Counted from the first letter of the whole stretch, positions 1 through 14,043 are shown. The stretch is 63,242 bases of DNA, filler included, from Folioceros fuciformis (GCA_049999805.1; 4 parts of 3 records of this genome joined end to end with filler, not necessarily neighbours in it); one strand, 5' to 3'. Numbers and translations: made by a program. The notes: generated from the letters alone by a model not told the origin.

Positions 1-846
1 GGCCTGTGAGCTTTCTAATCCAAAAATTTGGGCATGCATCTACATTAGCAAATCTTCCTGTTGTCAATTGAATTGCCAAAATTTTCCCCTTCTACCTCCC
101 AATCTCTAAGAACTGTGGGCAAATAATTGGCCTCTTCTCTTCCTTTCGTTTTCAAGTCTTCCAACATCTTCCTTGCTTCCTACCAGTTGTATCTATTGAT
201 TAGTACACAACATTCTAGCATCTCACACAAGGGTTCTTTCGTCTCCTACTCATTGCTCTTTTCATTTGTCAGCCCTAAAAATTATGATCAGAGTAGCACT
301 CCGGCAACCTATCAAACGTGTTAACGGAGTGAGTGGGATATTTGTTTTTTTGTGTTGTTTTTTTTTTCATGCAATACTATTTTACTTTGGTAAATCTAGT
401 TTTTTCAAAGTGGAGGGCATGTCGGATCTACATAGGCCATTTGGTGAATGGACTAACGCAGGCCATGATTGTCCCGGATATGCTCTACTTGTCATTATGG
501 AGAGAAGAGAGCGTAATCGTTTCCGGACGATTGCGGGTGTGCCAGCAATGGCAGTGTAAACTCTTACACTGGTGTGCGCTGGCCCTTACGCCTTAGATGC
601 CCCTCCCTCTCCCTCCCACCACCCCGTCTCGGCCTCATGTCAACATCCTCCCTCTCCTCTGTCTTCTCGCCTCCACCTGCTCCCCTCCACGACTGATCCG
701 CATGACACGCAGATTACTAACTCAACTCCACGTCCTCTCTTTCTTTCCCCCTTAGCATCTCCATCGTTCCTCGTAGCGCCAGGCAATTCCTCGAAGCAGG
801 TAGCGTTTGGCGGATTAACGAGGGTCAAATCCAAACGAGGGCATAT

Positions 847-1853
847 ATGAATTTCTCACCTTGGATAGTAGCCGCCAGCGACTTGATGGAGCAGTGGGAG
901 TTGGGGATATTCCAATTCCCTTGGGATATCCAGTCCACAATGGCAGTCCGGGAATTCGCTAGGATGCTTTGGCGCTATGCTCAAGGCAAGCCGGGGTTCT
1001 CTAAGATCCGGGACAACCCTCTTCTTTGGACCATGTACATGATGAGGGAGGTCTATCAGCGACCAGCAACGGAGCGAGGGGGCCTCTACCTGAACTCCCA
1101 ACGGAATAAGGCTTTGATGAAGGAGCTGCTGTAGCACTCTTGATAGAAGGGTCCTTCAAGACCACCAACGGGTGGTTAATCCACAATATTGAAGACCTAC
1201 GAATCAAGGGAGTAGCATGACTCATTGTGAATTGGCTACTAGTCACCAAGGCAGACCATGTCGCAAATGGAGTCTTGCTACTTCTTTACGGGTTAGCCTA
1301 GGGGACACTGGTGGACTATTGGAAAGTTGTGGCACATCAGATCCAACTCAATGTTAGGAAGCTTAGGTAGAAGAAACCTCCTACCTTAGGATTGTCCCCA
1401 TTCTTATTCCATATTCGGGGACATTACTGAGTCTTGATGGATTTGGAAAAAGCGACCATCTCCAGACTACCACCTGCTTCGACACCACCCTCTGCCACTC
1501 CTCCAGTGCCAACTTTGAGGAAGAAGATTGCTGCTCCCTCGACCCAACCCAAGGCAGTTCCCACCACTTCGGTGCCCCTGCTCGTATCAGATAGCTCAGA
1601 AGGTAGTCGTGGAGGTGAACCAGAATCCCCACTGATGACACCTCCTCTGGCCTCCGACTCCCCCACTAGTCCTCCTCTGCAGCGAAAGGCGGTTGCCCCA
1701 TTGACCCTGGCAATGCCTCCACCCAAGCGACGGAATACACGGTCGGCTACCACAATGGCCAAGAGGATCCCATTGCGGAGTGCTCCACCCCCCTACCAGT
1801 TCGGATCCCGAGGACTTCTTAGCTTTGGTTCTAGATTGCCCAAGTATCACTAG
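847..1853 (+). mobile_element. Degenerate TE-like coding remnant (fragmented ORFs)
   Basis: Short ORFs (WELGIFQFPWDIQSTMAVREF..., then a Pro/Ser-rich tract) broken by stops, with no splice structure. No diagnostic domain recognised. Confidence 0.25.
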
Positions 1854-3260
1854 GACTAGGGAGGAAGCGGATCGAATGGAGCTGATCCGGTTGGCGGCCT
1901 AATGAGGAGTTCAGGACCCCAAAACCCTGAGGACCCTTGCTAAGCGGCCACACCTATTGTCATCGTAGGCTTCCCTGGTTTGTCCCCATGAGCGAGTTGC
2001 TGTTTCTGTTGTTAGAAACTATACAACACCATTGGTGAGAAACTTGAAGTGAAGAATGAGTGTGCCAATTTCCTCAGGATCAAGGATTGAATCCTCCAAA
2101 AATTAGCATAGGAAGAGCTCCTTAGTCCAATCCAGAAACGCCACACCAAGCTCTTCCACAACTCCAAAAATCCACAAAGAGATGAGTGATCTTAGCCCAT
2201 CTTATACTCCAAGCCTACTACATTTTCTAGGCAAGGTACCTAGGCGGTGATGTCGTAATTAAAGCAAATTAAAAAGCAATCTGGTAAGTATCCCGTCTAA
2301 CTAGGAGGCAATCGACTATTTCTATATATAGAGATATAATTGTTATTCCAAGCTATCCTCCTCCTCTAGATTTAAAACAACTTCATGCTCACACACAACA
2401 CCTAATTCGGAAAAACTTGTACATTCTGAAACAAGACCATGAAACACTACCGCCTGAAAATGACAAAGTAGTGCTAGACAATTAGAGCAAATATTCCAAT
2501 AAAAAGTGATATAATCTCTTTCGCTGTGAAATGTGTATCCAATACATCATAACCTACGCGGAAATTGAGTCTATAGCATTGTGCGCCAGTTTACTGGTGC
2601 ACACTATCGTAGAGTGCGCCATTATAATGGCGCACAATGAATGACGAATTGAACAACAAACTGGTAGAAACGATAGAAAGATGGTTGTTACAAATAGTTC
2701 AGAATGAAAAAAAGGGTAAATTAAAAACATAGATATAAAAAGGAAAAAGGACATGCCTTAAGAGATGTGATACCTGCTAGATTACTACATTCAGTCATGT
2801 GTAGTTACCGCTGTACACCTGCAATTCTACATACACCGACATAGAACATGATGAATGCATAGCTACACGATACTTTTTTCAGTGATAGTTTCCACTTCCT
2901 TTAATATAAATTGACCTAAGAGTAGATATGTGATACAAAATTTGAATGCCCATTTCAAACAAAGCTCGATAAGGCGAGATCTAACCATTTTGACTAGATT
3001 GTGTTCTCTATTTTTTGTTATGTGTGACCACAAATTCATGTGTCATTTTCCATTTTTTATTTAGTGTTCCTTGTTTTTTCATTTTAGTGACTATGTTTGC
3101 ATGTTTTATTTTCCTCACTATTTTACCAAAACATGTAAATTCACCATTTTTTCAAAAGCTTATATCACTTTTTCCCTTCCAAAGACTGCAGCCCAAGAGC
3201 TATCTCTACTTCAAAAGAGATCTTGTTTTTAGGAGTGCCTCAAAGTGCGTCAAGAGGGCG

Positions 3261-3960
3261 TGTTATGCACGACAAGGTAGTTAGGGAGAAGAGGAAGTAG
3301 AAGACTAAGGAGTTAGAAAGAATAGTTGAGAGTGAAGAGAGGATTTGAGAGGAAAGAGAGGAGAGGAGACAAGAAAGCAAGCAAGCAAGAAGAGATAGTG
3401 AGAGAAGGGAGGACTTTAGCAATTTCATGTCTTATCTAGTGATGAGATAATCTCAACTCTTGGGTGGTGGTAGAGGGATGTTTTGAGGTGAAGGTACACA
3501 ATCATTTTGCAACTGGGCCACAACATTTCCTCATCATCAAGACATGGAGTTATGGGTAAGACCTTCTTTATCAAGTTCTTTAAGGCTTGTGCTAAAGAGA
3601 ATAATGACCACAAGGTGGGTTTGACCTCCCTCTTTTGTGTATTATGATATTCTATATACAAAGAGAGTCATGGACCTACAACTAGCACTAGCTAATTGGT
3701 CCATATGATGACAACAAAAGCAAGGTAAGTAGCATCTTTAATTCCAATAGTAGGTAGGCCTTGTTTATGCAAGACTTTGGACACAAAATTCCACTAGCTG
3801 GAGTAGGAAACAATATGATTAGTGATAAGAACGCTTAGTTCCCCATATTTTACTAGGGTTTATGGGTGTTGCCCTCTTTAGGGTTGTTCCTCAAAACCTT
3901 GGGGTAGATGGGTTACCCACCTTATTTTTGCAATAAAGACTTGTCTTATTTGGGTCTTCA
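3261..3960 (+). mobile_element. Possible LTR remnant
   Basis: Purine tract AAGAGGGCG directly followed by TGTTATG at 3261, then GA-rich sequence, AATAAA near 3932 and ...TCTTCA at 3960. No second copy in the window. Confidence 0.3.
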
Positions 3961-4274
3961 AGATAGAGTTCTCCATAGTTATAGAATGATATAAAATATT
4001 ATAAAAATATTACTAATGATAAATATTGGAAGAATGTTTCAGTAAAGAATTTTAGCTCAAAATAATAGGACTTTGAAAAAGAATTTGTCAATCTTAGAGA
4101 CTTAGCGGCTTCTAATGCTAATAGATTGACCGCTGGTGGCCTGGAGAGGCGCCGGGACCCGGGGGCCTATGCTATTGCAGAGAATTAGGGGTGTCGAGAT
4201 GAGAACGTGTAGCTGACGTCTAAGCCTACGAAGAGGACTGCGGCTACATAGTCCACGGTACGTCCTGGTGCGGA

Positions 4275-7200
4275 TCAAGCAACCTGAGTGCATTCGGCTT
4301 GCAAATGAGGAGCTAGTCCATGGCCAGATGCACTCGCTGATGCAAGCTTCCACTTGTCCAGGCCGCCTGCAGCCAGTTTGGCAGTATCTGACTGAGTTGG
4401 GGATGCCGACAAGTTAGCTCCGTGAGAAGAGTCGCTGGCAGTGGTGTTAGCAGCCGCAGCTTGGCGCTGCGCCATGCTGGAGAGAAAAGAAGCCGCCAGG
4501 CTCTCTGCGGAAGCAACTTGAGCAGCCAGATTTGTAGCCGTCACGTTGCTCCCTGCTCCACCGGCGCCCGAGCCTGGCAGGGAAGTAGACGTGCCGTTAT
4601 ATAACTGCCATACTTGCTGCTGCAGAAAGCGCACGTACTCGAGCGTCTGCCCCAGCATGGAAACCGTGTCTAGCCTCTCTCCGTTGGGAACAAGGCTCTG
4701 CAGAATGCGGATGCGGTCACTGAATCGCTCACGTCGAGTCCGTGCAGCAATGCTCTGAGGATCGGTGGCCGTGCCATGCCGCCTCCGCGCTGCATGCTTG
4801 GCTCCGAGGGATGCTGCGAGGGACGAGTTGGAGGACGGGTTGTCCATCTTGTTACTGCTGCTGTAGAAGCTGTTCTGAAATGCCAACTTGTGGTACTGCG
4901 CGATGGCATTGTTGCCAATATCCGTCTGCGACTTCGTGTAGAGGAGAGCGCTGAGCTGGGCTGCGGCGTCGTCGATTCCCGGCCTGAAGGCGGAGCTTGT
5001 CTTGACATGGGAAGCACCCGCGCCCGCACTGTTGTCGGCTGCGGCGGTCACGTTTCCAAGGTTTGGCAGCGGTAGACCACGGGAACCGGCCCCGGACCCT
5101 GGTCCGGGCCCCGAGNNNNNNNNNNNNNNNNNNNNNNNNNNNNNNNNNNNNNNNNNNNNNNNNNNNNNNNNNNNNNNNNNNNNNNNNNNNNNNNNNNNNN
5201 NNNNNNNNNNNNNNNCTTGGGGCCAGGAGAATGGCAACTCGCATCTTCCGCCCCGGGGCCTTGCATGAAGGACAGCGAACGCTTGACGGAGGGAGGGTGG
5301 CGTGTGGAGACAATGTGAGCCATGGGCCCGCTGTGCACGCTAGAGCTCCCGGTTTTGCTGAAGAGACCCCCGCAGTCGTCGTGGACGCCTGAGTTGCTGA
5401 TTTCGAAAGCGCTGCTGTGTGGTACCCGCTCCGAATGCAGAGCCGATGTGGAAAGAGACCTGGGAAGGTGAGGCGATGCGATGGATCCGGGACCTGCGGG
5501 CGGAGAACTCTGCATGAACGCCACTTGGGACAGGCTGGTTGCGTGAGGTAGCCGCATGCCTGGGCCCAGGGAGGAGCCGGCGCCATGCACCTGACCCATT
5601 TCTCCGGCATTCGCATTGGCATTCACATCGGCAGCCAGGTTGGGACTACTCAGCGATCGAGTGGGCCCCGCCCCAAATAAATGATCCCGGTTGAAATGAA
5701 CATATGCAGATGCTGGCGACGCACATCCGGATCCCAATGTCTGCATGTAATCGCTGGCTGGAAGGCTCATGTGCAGACTTGAACCATACGGCAAGGCCGA
5801 ACAGAAGACTTGCCCATGGCCAACTGACCCGGGCCCTGGAGCGGGACATGTGAGATTGGTGTAATTGCAGCCCGATATGAGCGAACCCGAACCAGATCCA
5901 GGATTGATTGTATTGCTGCTGGCACTCCACTGCAGGTGCGCAGAGTCTGCTGCTGCGGAACCGGAATCATGCACAACCACAGACGGAGAATCGCGGTGAT
6001 GAATCAGGCTGGAACTTAGCTGGGTTGTATGACCTGAATCCATCCACTGCTCCATTTGCATCCACGAGTTGTGGTGGGCTTGGTCTTGGAGGCTCATCAT
6101 GACGTCCGTATCCCCATCTGAGCCGGATGTGCGCAGGTCGAGAGAGCAGGATGTCTGAGGTCCTGGAGCATGCGGAGCGGAAGCGCTAGAGCTTGCGTAG
6201 TGGTTCAGCTCGCTCGTTATGCTCGGCAAGATGTGTCGCTGATCCGAATTGGAGCCGGATACCTGATGCTGGTTGAGATCCACGTTGAGCAAGCTCTCGC
6301 AGAAATCCACGTCTTGCTTAGAACACGATGTTGAAGCGGTACCAGTTGACGTACCACCATCGTTAGTGGAAACACGAGGAGCTTGTGCATGCAGACTCAG
6401 ACTGTGCCCAGACGACATCATGCCTGATCCGTGATTCATGTAGAAGCTAGGCATGACCGGAGTTTGCGCTTGCGCAGACGGAGACGGGAACACAGGCCTC
6501 AAGTCCATGTGGATGGCCTCCAGGAAGGTGGACCTGTGAGCGTGCTGCCTTGCCAAGAAGCTACCTTGATCTGAATTGGAGTGAGCCATTGGTCGACTGG
6601 CAGCGCTAGCGTCGTAGTCGACGTCCTGAATGCCTCCGTGCGGACCGGGATGAGCTATATTGAACCTGGGGTGGTGCACATACGCCATGGTGGATCCGGA
6701 GCTTGGAGAGGCGGAAGCAGACACGAGGAGAGCAGGCACTTGCACGCCATCAGGTGCAGACGAGTTCGGCAGGGGTAGCCTCGAGTCCGCAGTGCCATGG
6801 CTGGAGCATCCGGAGGCTGCTGTGGACATGAGCTGCATTATGTGGTCATCGTCGTTCACGTTGCCAACGGGACTCCAGAGGCCATTCCAGTCGCCATGAG
6901 AATGGTCGTGGTCATGGCCAGGATCACCGACATTGTTGTCGATATAGACAGTAGCATGGCTGGCGGGACCCGGTCTGGAAGCCTGGCCACGCCCTTGAGC
7001 TTCGCCTTCCTCCTGCACTTGCACTTGCTCTTGTCCTTGTCCCCCTTGCCGCCTAGGCCGTTGCCCTTGCCTTCGCAGCCCTTGGCGCCTGTGCGCTTGC
7101 GCCTCTTCCTGACCTTGCCCCTCTTCTTGGCCTTGTCGATGGCCATGATGCGCATGCGCATACACATGCGCCTGCCCCTGGCCTTGGCCCTGTCCCTCCT

Positions 7201-8254
7201 CTCCCTCCTCCTCTCCACAAAGCTTGGCCTGGCATCCACGATGTTCATCATGCTCAACGACAGCAGCGTCATCCGGAACGGGTGCCGAGCCAGCTGAAGT
7301 GGGCGCAGGCGATGCAGAGTGACAGTCGCAAGGAGCGGCAATATGACTTGCTGCAGCGTGGGGGCAGAGGTGGGCATCATTAGCCTTGTCGGCATCCAGA
7401 TCCGGATCACGATCGGGATCGGGGTCGGGATCCGGATCCGGATCCCCCAAGCACGAGCTGGTTGACAGGCATGGGGTGCTTGCCGACGTCGTGGACAGTT
7501 GATCGTTTCCAGGGGAGTAGAGCCCGTGGTTCGCCACGGGCAGCATGATCGTGTGCTGCATGGATCCCTGTGCCTGAGACTGATCTGGCTGATCGGGTCG
7601 CACCGCGGCCACGGAGCCAGCGCTCATGCTCATGAGCGCATGCGCAGATTTTGGCAATTCCTCTCGAGATTGGCTGCCAGATTCGTGCGCAGCAGAGGGC
7701 ATGGACTGTGGCATCATGAGACAGCAGTGCGGTCCGTCATGAATGTTGACGGAATCGAAGGAGTTGTTGCGCACCATGTTGCCTCCTGCGTCGGCCAAGA
7801 GCTGGCGCTGCTGCTGATGATGAAGATGATGATCCGAAAGGGAGGAGGCGGGCGGGGTGCCCTCGAGTCTGGTGCTGTCCGCAAGCTTGTTGCAGGGAGC
7901 AGATCCCGGAGTGGTAACACCTGATTCAGCGCACGAGAGAGTGACCAAGGCAGCGGCATTGTGCATCTGAACGGCCGTGGTGGCCAGCAAGGAGGAGGAG
8001 GGCGACGATGAGTCGAAGGTGGAAAGTGACCTAACCATGGACTCGGACGGGGAGCTGGATTTCTTCACCGACATGTTAGCGGCGGTGGCGGCGGCGGCGG
8101 CAGCGGAGCAGCTGGATGCGCTGGGTGAGGCGGAGGCGGCAGGAGGTAGGGACTTCCTCTTCTTCCGTCGCGGCTCGCGATGGTTGGCGCAGACTTTCGT
8201 AGGCGTGTCATGAATGACGGTGCTGTGTTTGCTCTTCACCTGCCGCAGCGGCAT
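4275..8254 (-). CDS. bHLH transcription factor, subfamily VIII-like (RSL/LAX1/BONOBO-related), with a ~1100-aa low-complexity N-terminus
   Basis: Domain [58 protein letters not shown] lies in ORF 4275..5237. The upstream ORF is open from 8254 (MPLRQ; alternative ATG 8074) to the N gap at 5116-5215. The frame offset coincides with that estimated-size gap. Confidence 0.85.
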
Positions 8255-9136
8255 TGAATCTGGTTGAGGAGCACAGCCTAGCCTAGGTAGGTCTGTAGCG
8301 GCGATACTATTAGGAGAAGGAGCGCCCCGGCCCCGGGGCGGTGGTAGCGCTACAGCATTGAGGACTACGCATGCAGACCCGAAAGCAGAGGGCACGCAGT
8401 CCGGCAAGCATAAACTTGGGTGCGATATGTGCACTAGCTGCCGTCCATCAGTGTCACAGCACGGTGTGCACCCGAAAGAGGTAGGAGGAGGCGCCTCCAA
8501 TACTGAGGTTTTCGAGAGGGGAAAGCGGAGGGAAAGGGGAAGGAGAGGGCGGAGGGAAGAGGAAGGGAACAGGAGAAGAGGAGAAGAAGAGTGAAGCAAC
8601 GCAGGAGTGTAGACGGGNNNNNNNNNNNNNNNNNNNNNNNNNNNNNNNNNNNNNNNNNNNNNNNNNNNNNNNNNNNNNNNNNNNNNNNNNNNNNNNNNNN
8701 NNNNNNNNNNNNNNNNNAGGCTGAGGGGCGGGGACCAACACACTTGTACTAGGCTGGCAGCGAGACGCGGAGTCCGCGACAGAATGACGACAGGCGTGAA
8801 ATAGTCGGGAGCAGAGCTGACGTATGGCTCCTGCAACTAAGGCGAAGGTGTCACGAGGCTGGCCTGGGAGGTGGACCGTAGGCACTGACTACAGGTTGCC
8901 ACAGGCAAGGGCATTCGGATTTGGGGGTGCCAGGCCTGAGGCTGGCAGGGTGTAGGCGCTACAAATGGCATGGCAGGTGGTTGACTTGGAACATCCACGA
9001 TCCTGACAGCCACCCTGCCTATGGGAGTGTCACGACACAATACGGGGGCACTTTGAGACTGTATGTACGTATGTACGTATGCACCCGTGCGCATCGGACT
9101 TGAACATATGTATGTATGCTCGTAACTACATACATA

Positions 9137-9395
9137 CAGTCCACCCTCCCTAAATGTTACCTGTTGGAAGTAAAGCATTGGGTAACATTTAGGGAGGTCT
9201 AAAAATTAGATAATTTAAATATTTATCAATAATAAAATATTAAAAATTATTTAAAATATCGAACTTATAAAATATATTTGATAAGTTCCATAGGAAATAT
9301 GCAGACACAGTACATAGGTATACGTGTAAGGTCAGGGATCCCCATGTATAGAAATATCTAAAATTAGGGATTAGGGAGGGCCCCATGTCTGACTG
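9137..9395. mobile_element. pogo/Tc1-mariner-derived MITE
   Basis: TA|CAGTCCACCCTCCCTAAATGTTACC... at the left end and ...TTAGGGAGGG(ccccatgtct)GACTG|TA at the right end. AT-rich interior. The first ~65 bp are near-identical to the transposon end at 61103. Confidence 0.75.
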
Positions 9396-11438
9396 TACTG
9401 CATACTGTACTTAGTTGGAACATGGTCCACTGTGAATACACATACTGTATGTACATACTTCAACATGTTGGTTATTAGGGTGTGGAGCGTGTGGGTAACG
9501 CCTTATGCTATTTGGGTAGAGAGTTTAAAAATGGGTGGCCCACGCCATAGACGCGGCTGGGCATCGTGAGGCGGCGACCATTGGGCTGGCGCGAGCAATG
9601 GCATGCATGATCAGCTGGAGCCGCCCTGGCCTTGCTTGCTACTGCCGCCCCGGCCCCTGCCCCTGCCCAGAGGAAACGGTGAAGACTTCACACACGGCCC
9701 TTGCAAGGGCCAAGCTATCACTCATGAACCGGTATCACATCTTTGATTCTTGTCCTCTGGCCACGAGTCCAAGTCTCACTGCGCATCGTTGTGGCCACAT
9801 CTCTGCGTTTTAAGTTTTCACTAGCTCTAGTTACACTATGTATGTATGTTCATATCTATGTATGCGGTCACGCATGGCCGTGTGGTATGGTGAGCGGACA
9901 CCGACTCCAGGGTAACTGGGTATTTCGTGCCATGTTGTGCAACATCCGCGGGAGGCACGGCCCACGACTCGGCCGCTTTCCATGTACCTCCTACAATATA
10001 GGGAACAAAACCGGTGAGTGACCCAGTGCTACGGCGTCGCGCCGCCACGCTACACTCGCGCACCGCGCTTGACTAACTCCACTCCACGCCTCGGTGTGTA
10101 ATTGCACAGGGTGGTTAACAACAGTAGGGGCCGCCTGCGGCCTCGGCCAGGGTTGGGCCGGGCCGCCCACGTTGCCATTGCTCTACATAAGTCGAGCCCA
10201 ACCCAGCCCAGGCCACCGAATATTATCTCCGGATACCACCTCGTTTTGATACCACTACATTTCAATTGGCAAGTTTTGGAATGAGGCAGTCCCTTCTTCA
10301 GAGGCATCCACCACCAACTGTCTTCGCAGGTCGGGCCGTCGGGACTTACTGCCGTTGCCATTTGCTGGCCTCATCACACGCGTGTCCGTTACCATCGTGG
10401 TCGCCGGGAATGGCAGGAGCCCACATACTTTCAAAAGGCTAGAGACAAGATCACGGTGCGCGGGCCCAGACCCAGACCCGGACCCTACTCCGTTGCCATT
10501 AATGGCACTTAGATTCCTTCGCTTCTGCCCATAGTAACGGGTCATGTACCTGTCTTGTGACCTGTGCCACCACACCTGGTACTCACACAATTATTACAAC
10601 TTGTATCTCAATTATTTCAGCTTGGCCTCTCCCCAGCCCCTTCTACTGCCCAGTGCCTACTCCCTTCGGTGGGACCAGGCATCATGCCGTATCAACCTGC
10701 CAATGGCCTACACAGGATCCAGGCGCAAGCCCAGCCCACGCGCGGTGCATGTTGCCATTTTACATGGTGATCCTCTGCCTACCATCCGGATCCTTCCCCA
10801 CATCATCAGATGAAGAGTCACGTAGATACAAATTGTCCGAGACCCAAATGTTCTTGAACGATCAGGGTTTCCAATATGGCACTTACGGACGTTCATTGCA
10901 CCAGGATTATGACTGAGTACATTGAATGAATGTCGTTGAGTAAGAGCATTATAGCTAAAACACGATTCGGGTGTTATAGAAAGCAGTCACTTAAACATCA
11001 ACCACAAAGATAGTGATTACCTACCGAGAGAGATGGTAAACACAGCATTGAAGATTATTTTGAATAGTGTTTGATTGGAGCTTCGCTTTATGCCACTCCT
11101 CAATTATCTTGCTAAGATGGCTATAGCTTTTCAAGGTTGAGGACACATGATTTTGAGGACAGTCAACCTTTTGAACATTAGTACCTTTTAGATTTTTTCC
11201 AACTCATTCACACCCATTGGTTTCTACTCTTTTTCAAGCTACTTGTCTCTAACAACATTTCTAACCACTACATCCCCACATCTATGAATAAAGGGAAATA
11301 ACATCTTTTAGTGAAGTATCTATACTATGCTAAATTAACAAAAGGAAACTATGGATATTAACCCTTCTTGCCTTTATTCTCTCACTTGAGGTAGTCCTAG
11401 GAATCTCGAGCATGTCCCTGTTCAAGGATTGGGATAGT

Positions 11439-11502
11439 CCAAGCAGTCCCAACTCCAAGCAGTCCCAACTCCAAGCAGTACCAACTCCAAGCAGTCCCAA
11501 CT
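11439..11502 (+). repeat. 16-bp tandem repeat x4 (CCAAGCAGTCCCAACT)
   Basis: Directly visible; one unit has a mismatch. Confidence 0.9.
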
Positions 11503-11519
11503 CTAGGACTACCATGTTG

Positions 11520-11811
11520 CATGTCTTGACCTCCTTAGCAACCTCTTGTCATGGCAGCTTCAAGCCTAAGCTCAAGATCACGTTCCAGGTTGGAAACTTT
11601 GTCTACTTGCAAAGACAACCCAGGGGACACTTTGGATAGCACTACTCACTTACATGTTTTTCAGGTATACAAAGTCAAGGACAATGGTGTGCTAATATTG
11701 CAAGGATCAAATAGGTGCACCACCAAGAACAACATAAAGAAAAGCATGCCCTATTTTGGCTCTACCATTGTTCCTGACAATTGGGTGCCTCAAGCTACTT
11801 ACTCAAGCTAG
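11520..11811 (+). mobile_element. Ty3/gypsy integrase C-terminal remnant
   Basis: FQVGNFVYLQRQP...TLD...VYKVKDNGVLILQG across a frameshift resembles the GPY/F-region tail of bryophyte gypsy pol. Confidence 0.5.
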
Positions 11812-12413
11812 ATCTACAGGAGGGTGTCATGCCATGCTAGCTATAAAGATGTAATGGTTGATTTGGCACAACCATGCTCAGGTGTTTTTGCTCTGAGCGA
11901 CTCACATGCCTATCTTAACTATGCGCTACTATCAAGAACAAACACAGACACTTGGACACATCACCCCCTATTGAAATTGGGGCGGCCACACTTGAGAGCA
12001 GCATTTGAGGCCCTTTTTCAGTAGCAAATCAATGTCACCAATTGCCTAAACACCACTTATAAAAGTTATCTAGTATTGAACTACGATGCGGTTGTACCTG
12101 TTCTTCATATGCGTCACTCTTCTTGCCTTCAGATTAGGAGTCCAGATGATATGGCTCTAGTGACTAGCCGGACTCCTCCTCACTACTCGATTCCAGCTTT
12201 AGTGAATGCTTGGGCATTGTCACTTGAGAACTACATGCTTGTAGATACTCCTAATATGCCCGGAGCAAACCTTGAAACTGTCCTTGGGTTTTCTCCGTCC
12301 ATAGTAGGTTGCATAGATTCTGAGAAGATTCGTGAGAGCATAAAGTTGATGGGGCCATCCTAGCACATACCTACCTAAAACACATGAATTTTGCAAGATG
12401 GGGATGAAATGGT

Positions 12414-13760
12414 CTAGGTGGCTTGTTGAAAATAATTGTCAAAGGGGGGGTCTAATGGTCTCCATATCCACTTATATGCTTCAGGGATTGGAGAATAGAG
12501 CCAAAACATTGTATAATAAATGCCATTTTTTTGCATTGTAAAGTCGGCTTCATCGACGAAGGGCAAGACAACTTCATAACTTCCCACCAGGGCGGAAACT
12601 AAACCCACTATTAGGACCATCTAGGAAGGTGTTACCCACCTGCAGACTACTTGTCCATGATCGCTGCCCTCTAGGTATTAGGCAACATGATAGCGCCTCC
12701 TGCTGATGAAACCCTCCTAAACAATAGATGGCCACATATCAATGGTGCAAGGATGTAGAAGCTAGTACATTCATATCGCTGAGTGCATGTTTGCACAATA
12801 GGGCAATTCCTTGGGTGTGAGCTGGCCGGTACCCAATCGTAATTTGCTAGTGAATGGTTGGCATGCTTCCCATAATACTGGTGCGATATGCCCTTGACGC
12901 CAACCGTATGGCTCACAACTATGGTTTTGCGGTAAACAATTTGCATAAAAAGCTACAAAACACTCGGGCAAACCATTATCTCTCCTCTATTTTGCACATG
13001 GCGTTGGGAACTGTATTCATCCTTTAAGCAAACACATAGCTTCGGTAAAAGCCAACAAAGGAATAGGAGATTTCATTTACTAAGGGTAGCAGTACAAGGA
13101 TGCAACCCTTCCATGACCAAGGTCACTGGACATTGTCTCTATAATATGACATTCCATTCTAGGGTGCATCGTGTTCCACATGTCATGATGCAGCAGCGCA
13201 AAAGTTTACTCCTCGTCATTTTTGTTTGTTCCGACATTAGTAAGTACTTCAATCACTCCCCACTCAACTCATCAAGCTTATCCCAAATTCCCTTCTTGTC
13301 AGCTGCGTATAAATGTTTCTGTGCAGTAAGGTTGAATCCATAGTCTAGAATAACCATCTCATCTAGGAGCAGCTCTTGAATGTTTTTCGGATAGATTTTC
13401 TTCCCTCCCAATCGGCCTGCCTTGCCTCGTGCTCATGTTTCGTCCCCACGGTAGATGAACTACTCCATGTATCTCCCTTCATACACATCTATATGCTCAG
13501 CTTGATACTAATGGACAAGAATACTTAGCCGCGGCCCATCTCTTCTCACGTCATCCACTTTCCCTATCCAAAAAGGCATGTTGTGTGTTTCAATGCAGCA
13601 AGGCGTTGCTATTAGCATTCGGACATTGATGTCATTAATATCACCGTTCACACGGTCCATCTCCTCCTATTGCCTACTTGCTGGTCTATACCCTCCAAGG
13701 TACATGTCACATCGAGGGAGCTCCCTTAGTAATGTCGTGTCCAAGATAGAGACATAAGGA
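12414..13760 (-). pseudogene. Decayed TE-like coding sequence
   Basis: Fragments such as FTMQKNGIYYTMFW..WIWRPLDPPF and PFWIGKV are interrupted by stops and frameshifts. Family not securely identified. Confidence 0.3.
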
Positions 13761-14043
13761 ACTTGCAGAGGCAAGGCGGTCCCCCCCTTGAGAAAAAGCT
13801 TGACACCGAACCTCCCAACCCTAGATACCCCCCTTCATCCATATGGACCATGCTACTATATTAGTTAGTGCCTGCATTCACTATGAAGGCATGGTGGGCG
13901 ACCCTGGTAACAACATCCAACATCGGCAGTGGGTCGGCGCCGACATCTTGGCAACATTACAGGAAGGAGATGGAATATGAAATCAACGTGCGTAGAAAAA
14001 TATCTCTAAGACCCACTGGACATCCACACACAAATTCATGATC

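Noticed and set aside
551-570. Hairpin CAGTGTAA-ACTC-TTACACTG
   Set aside because: Isolated 8-bp stem with no associated element boundary.
6856-7410. Highly basic K/R-rich alternative-frame ORF inside the bHLH gene
   Set aside because: Explained as the shifted reading of GQG/EEE low-complexity codons in GC-rich DNA; no independent support.
8255-8836. N-terminal extension of the bHLH ORF to 8836
   Set aside because: Crosses an N gap, has no ATG, and includes a CT-rich tract typical of a 5' UTR.
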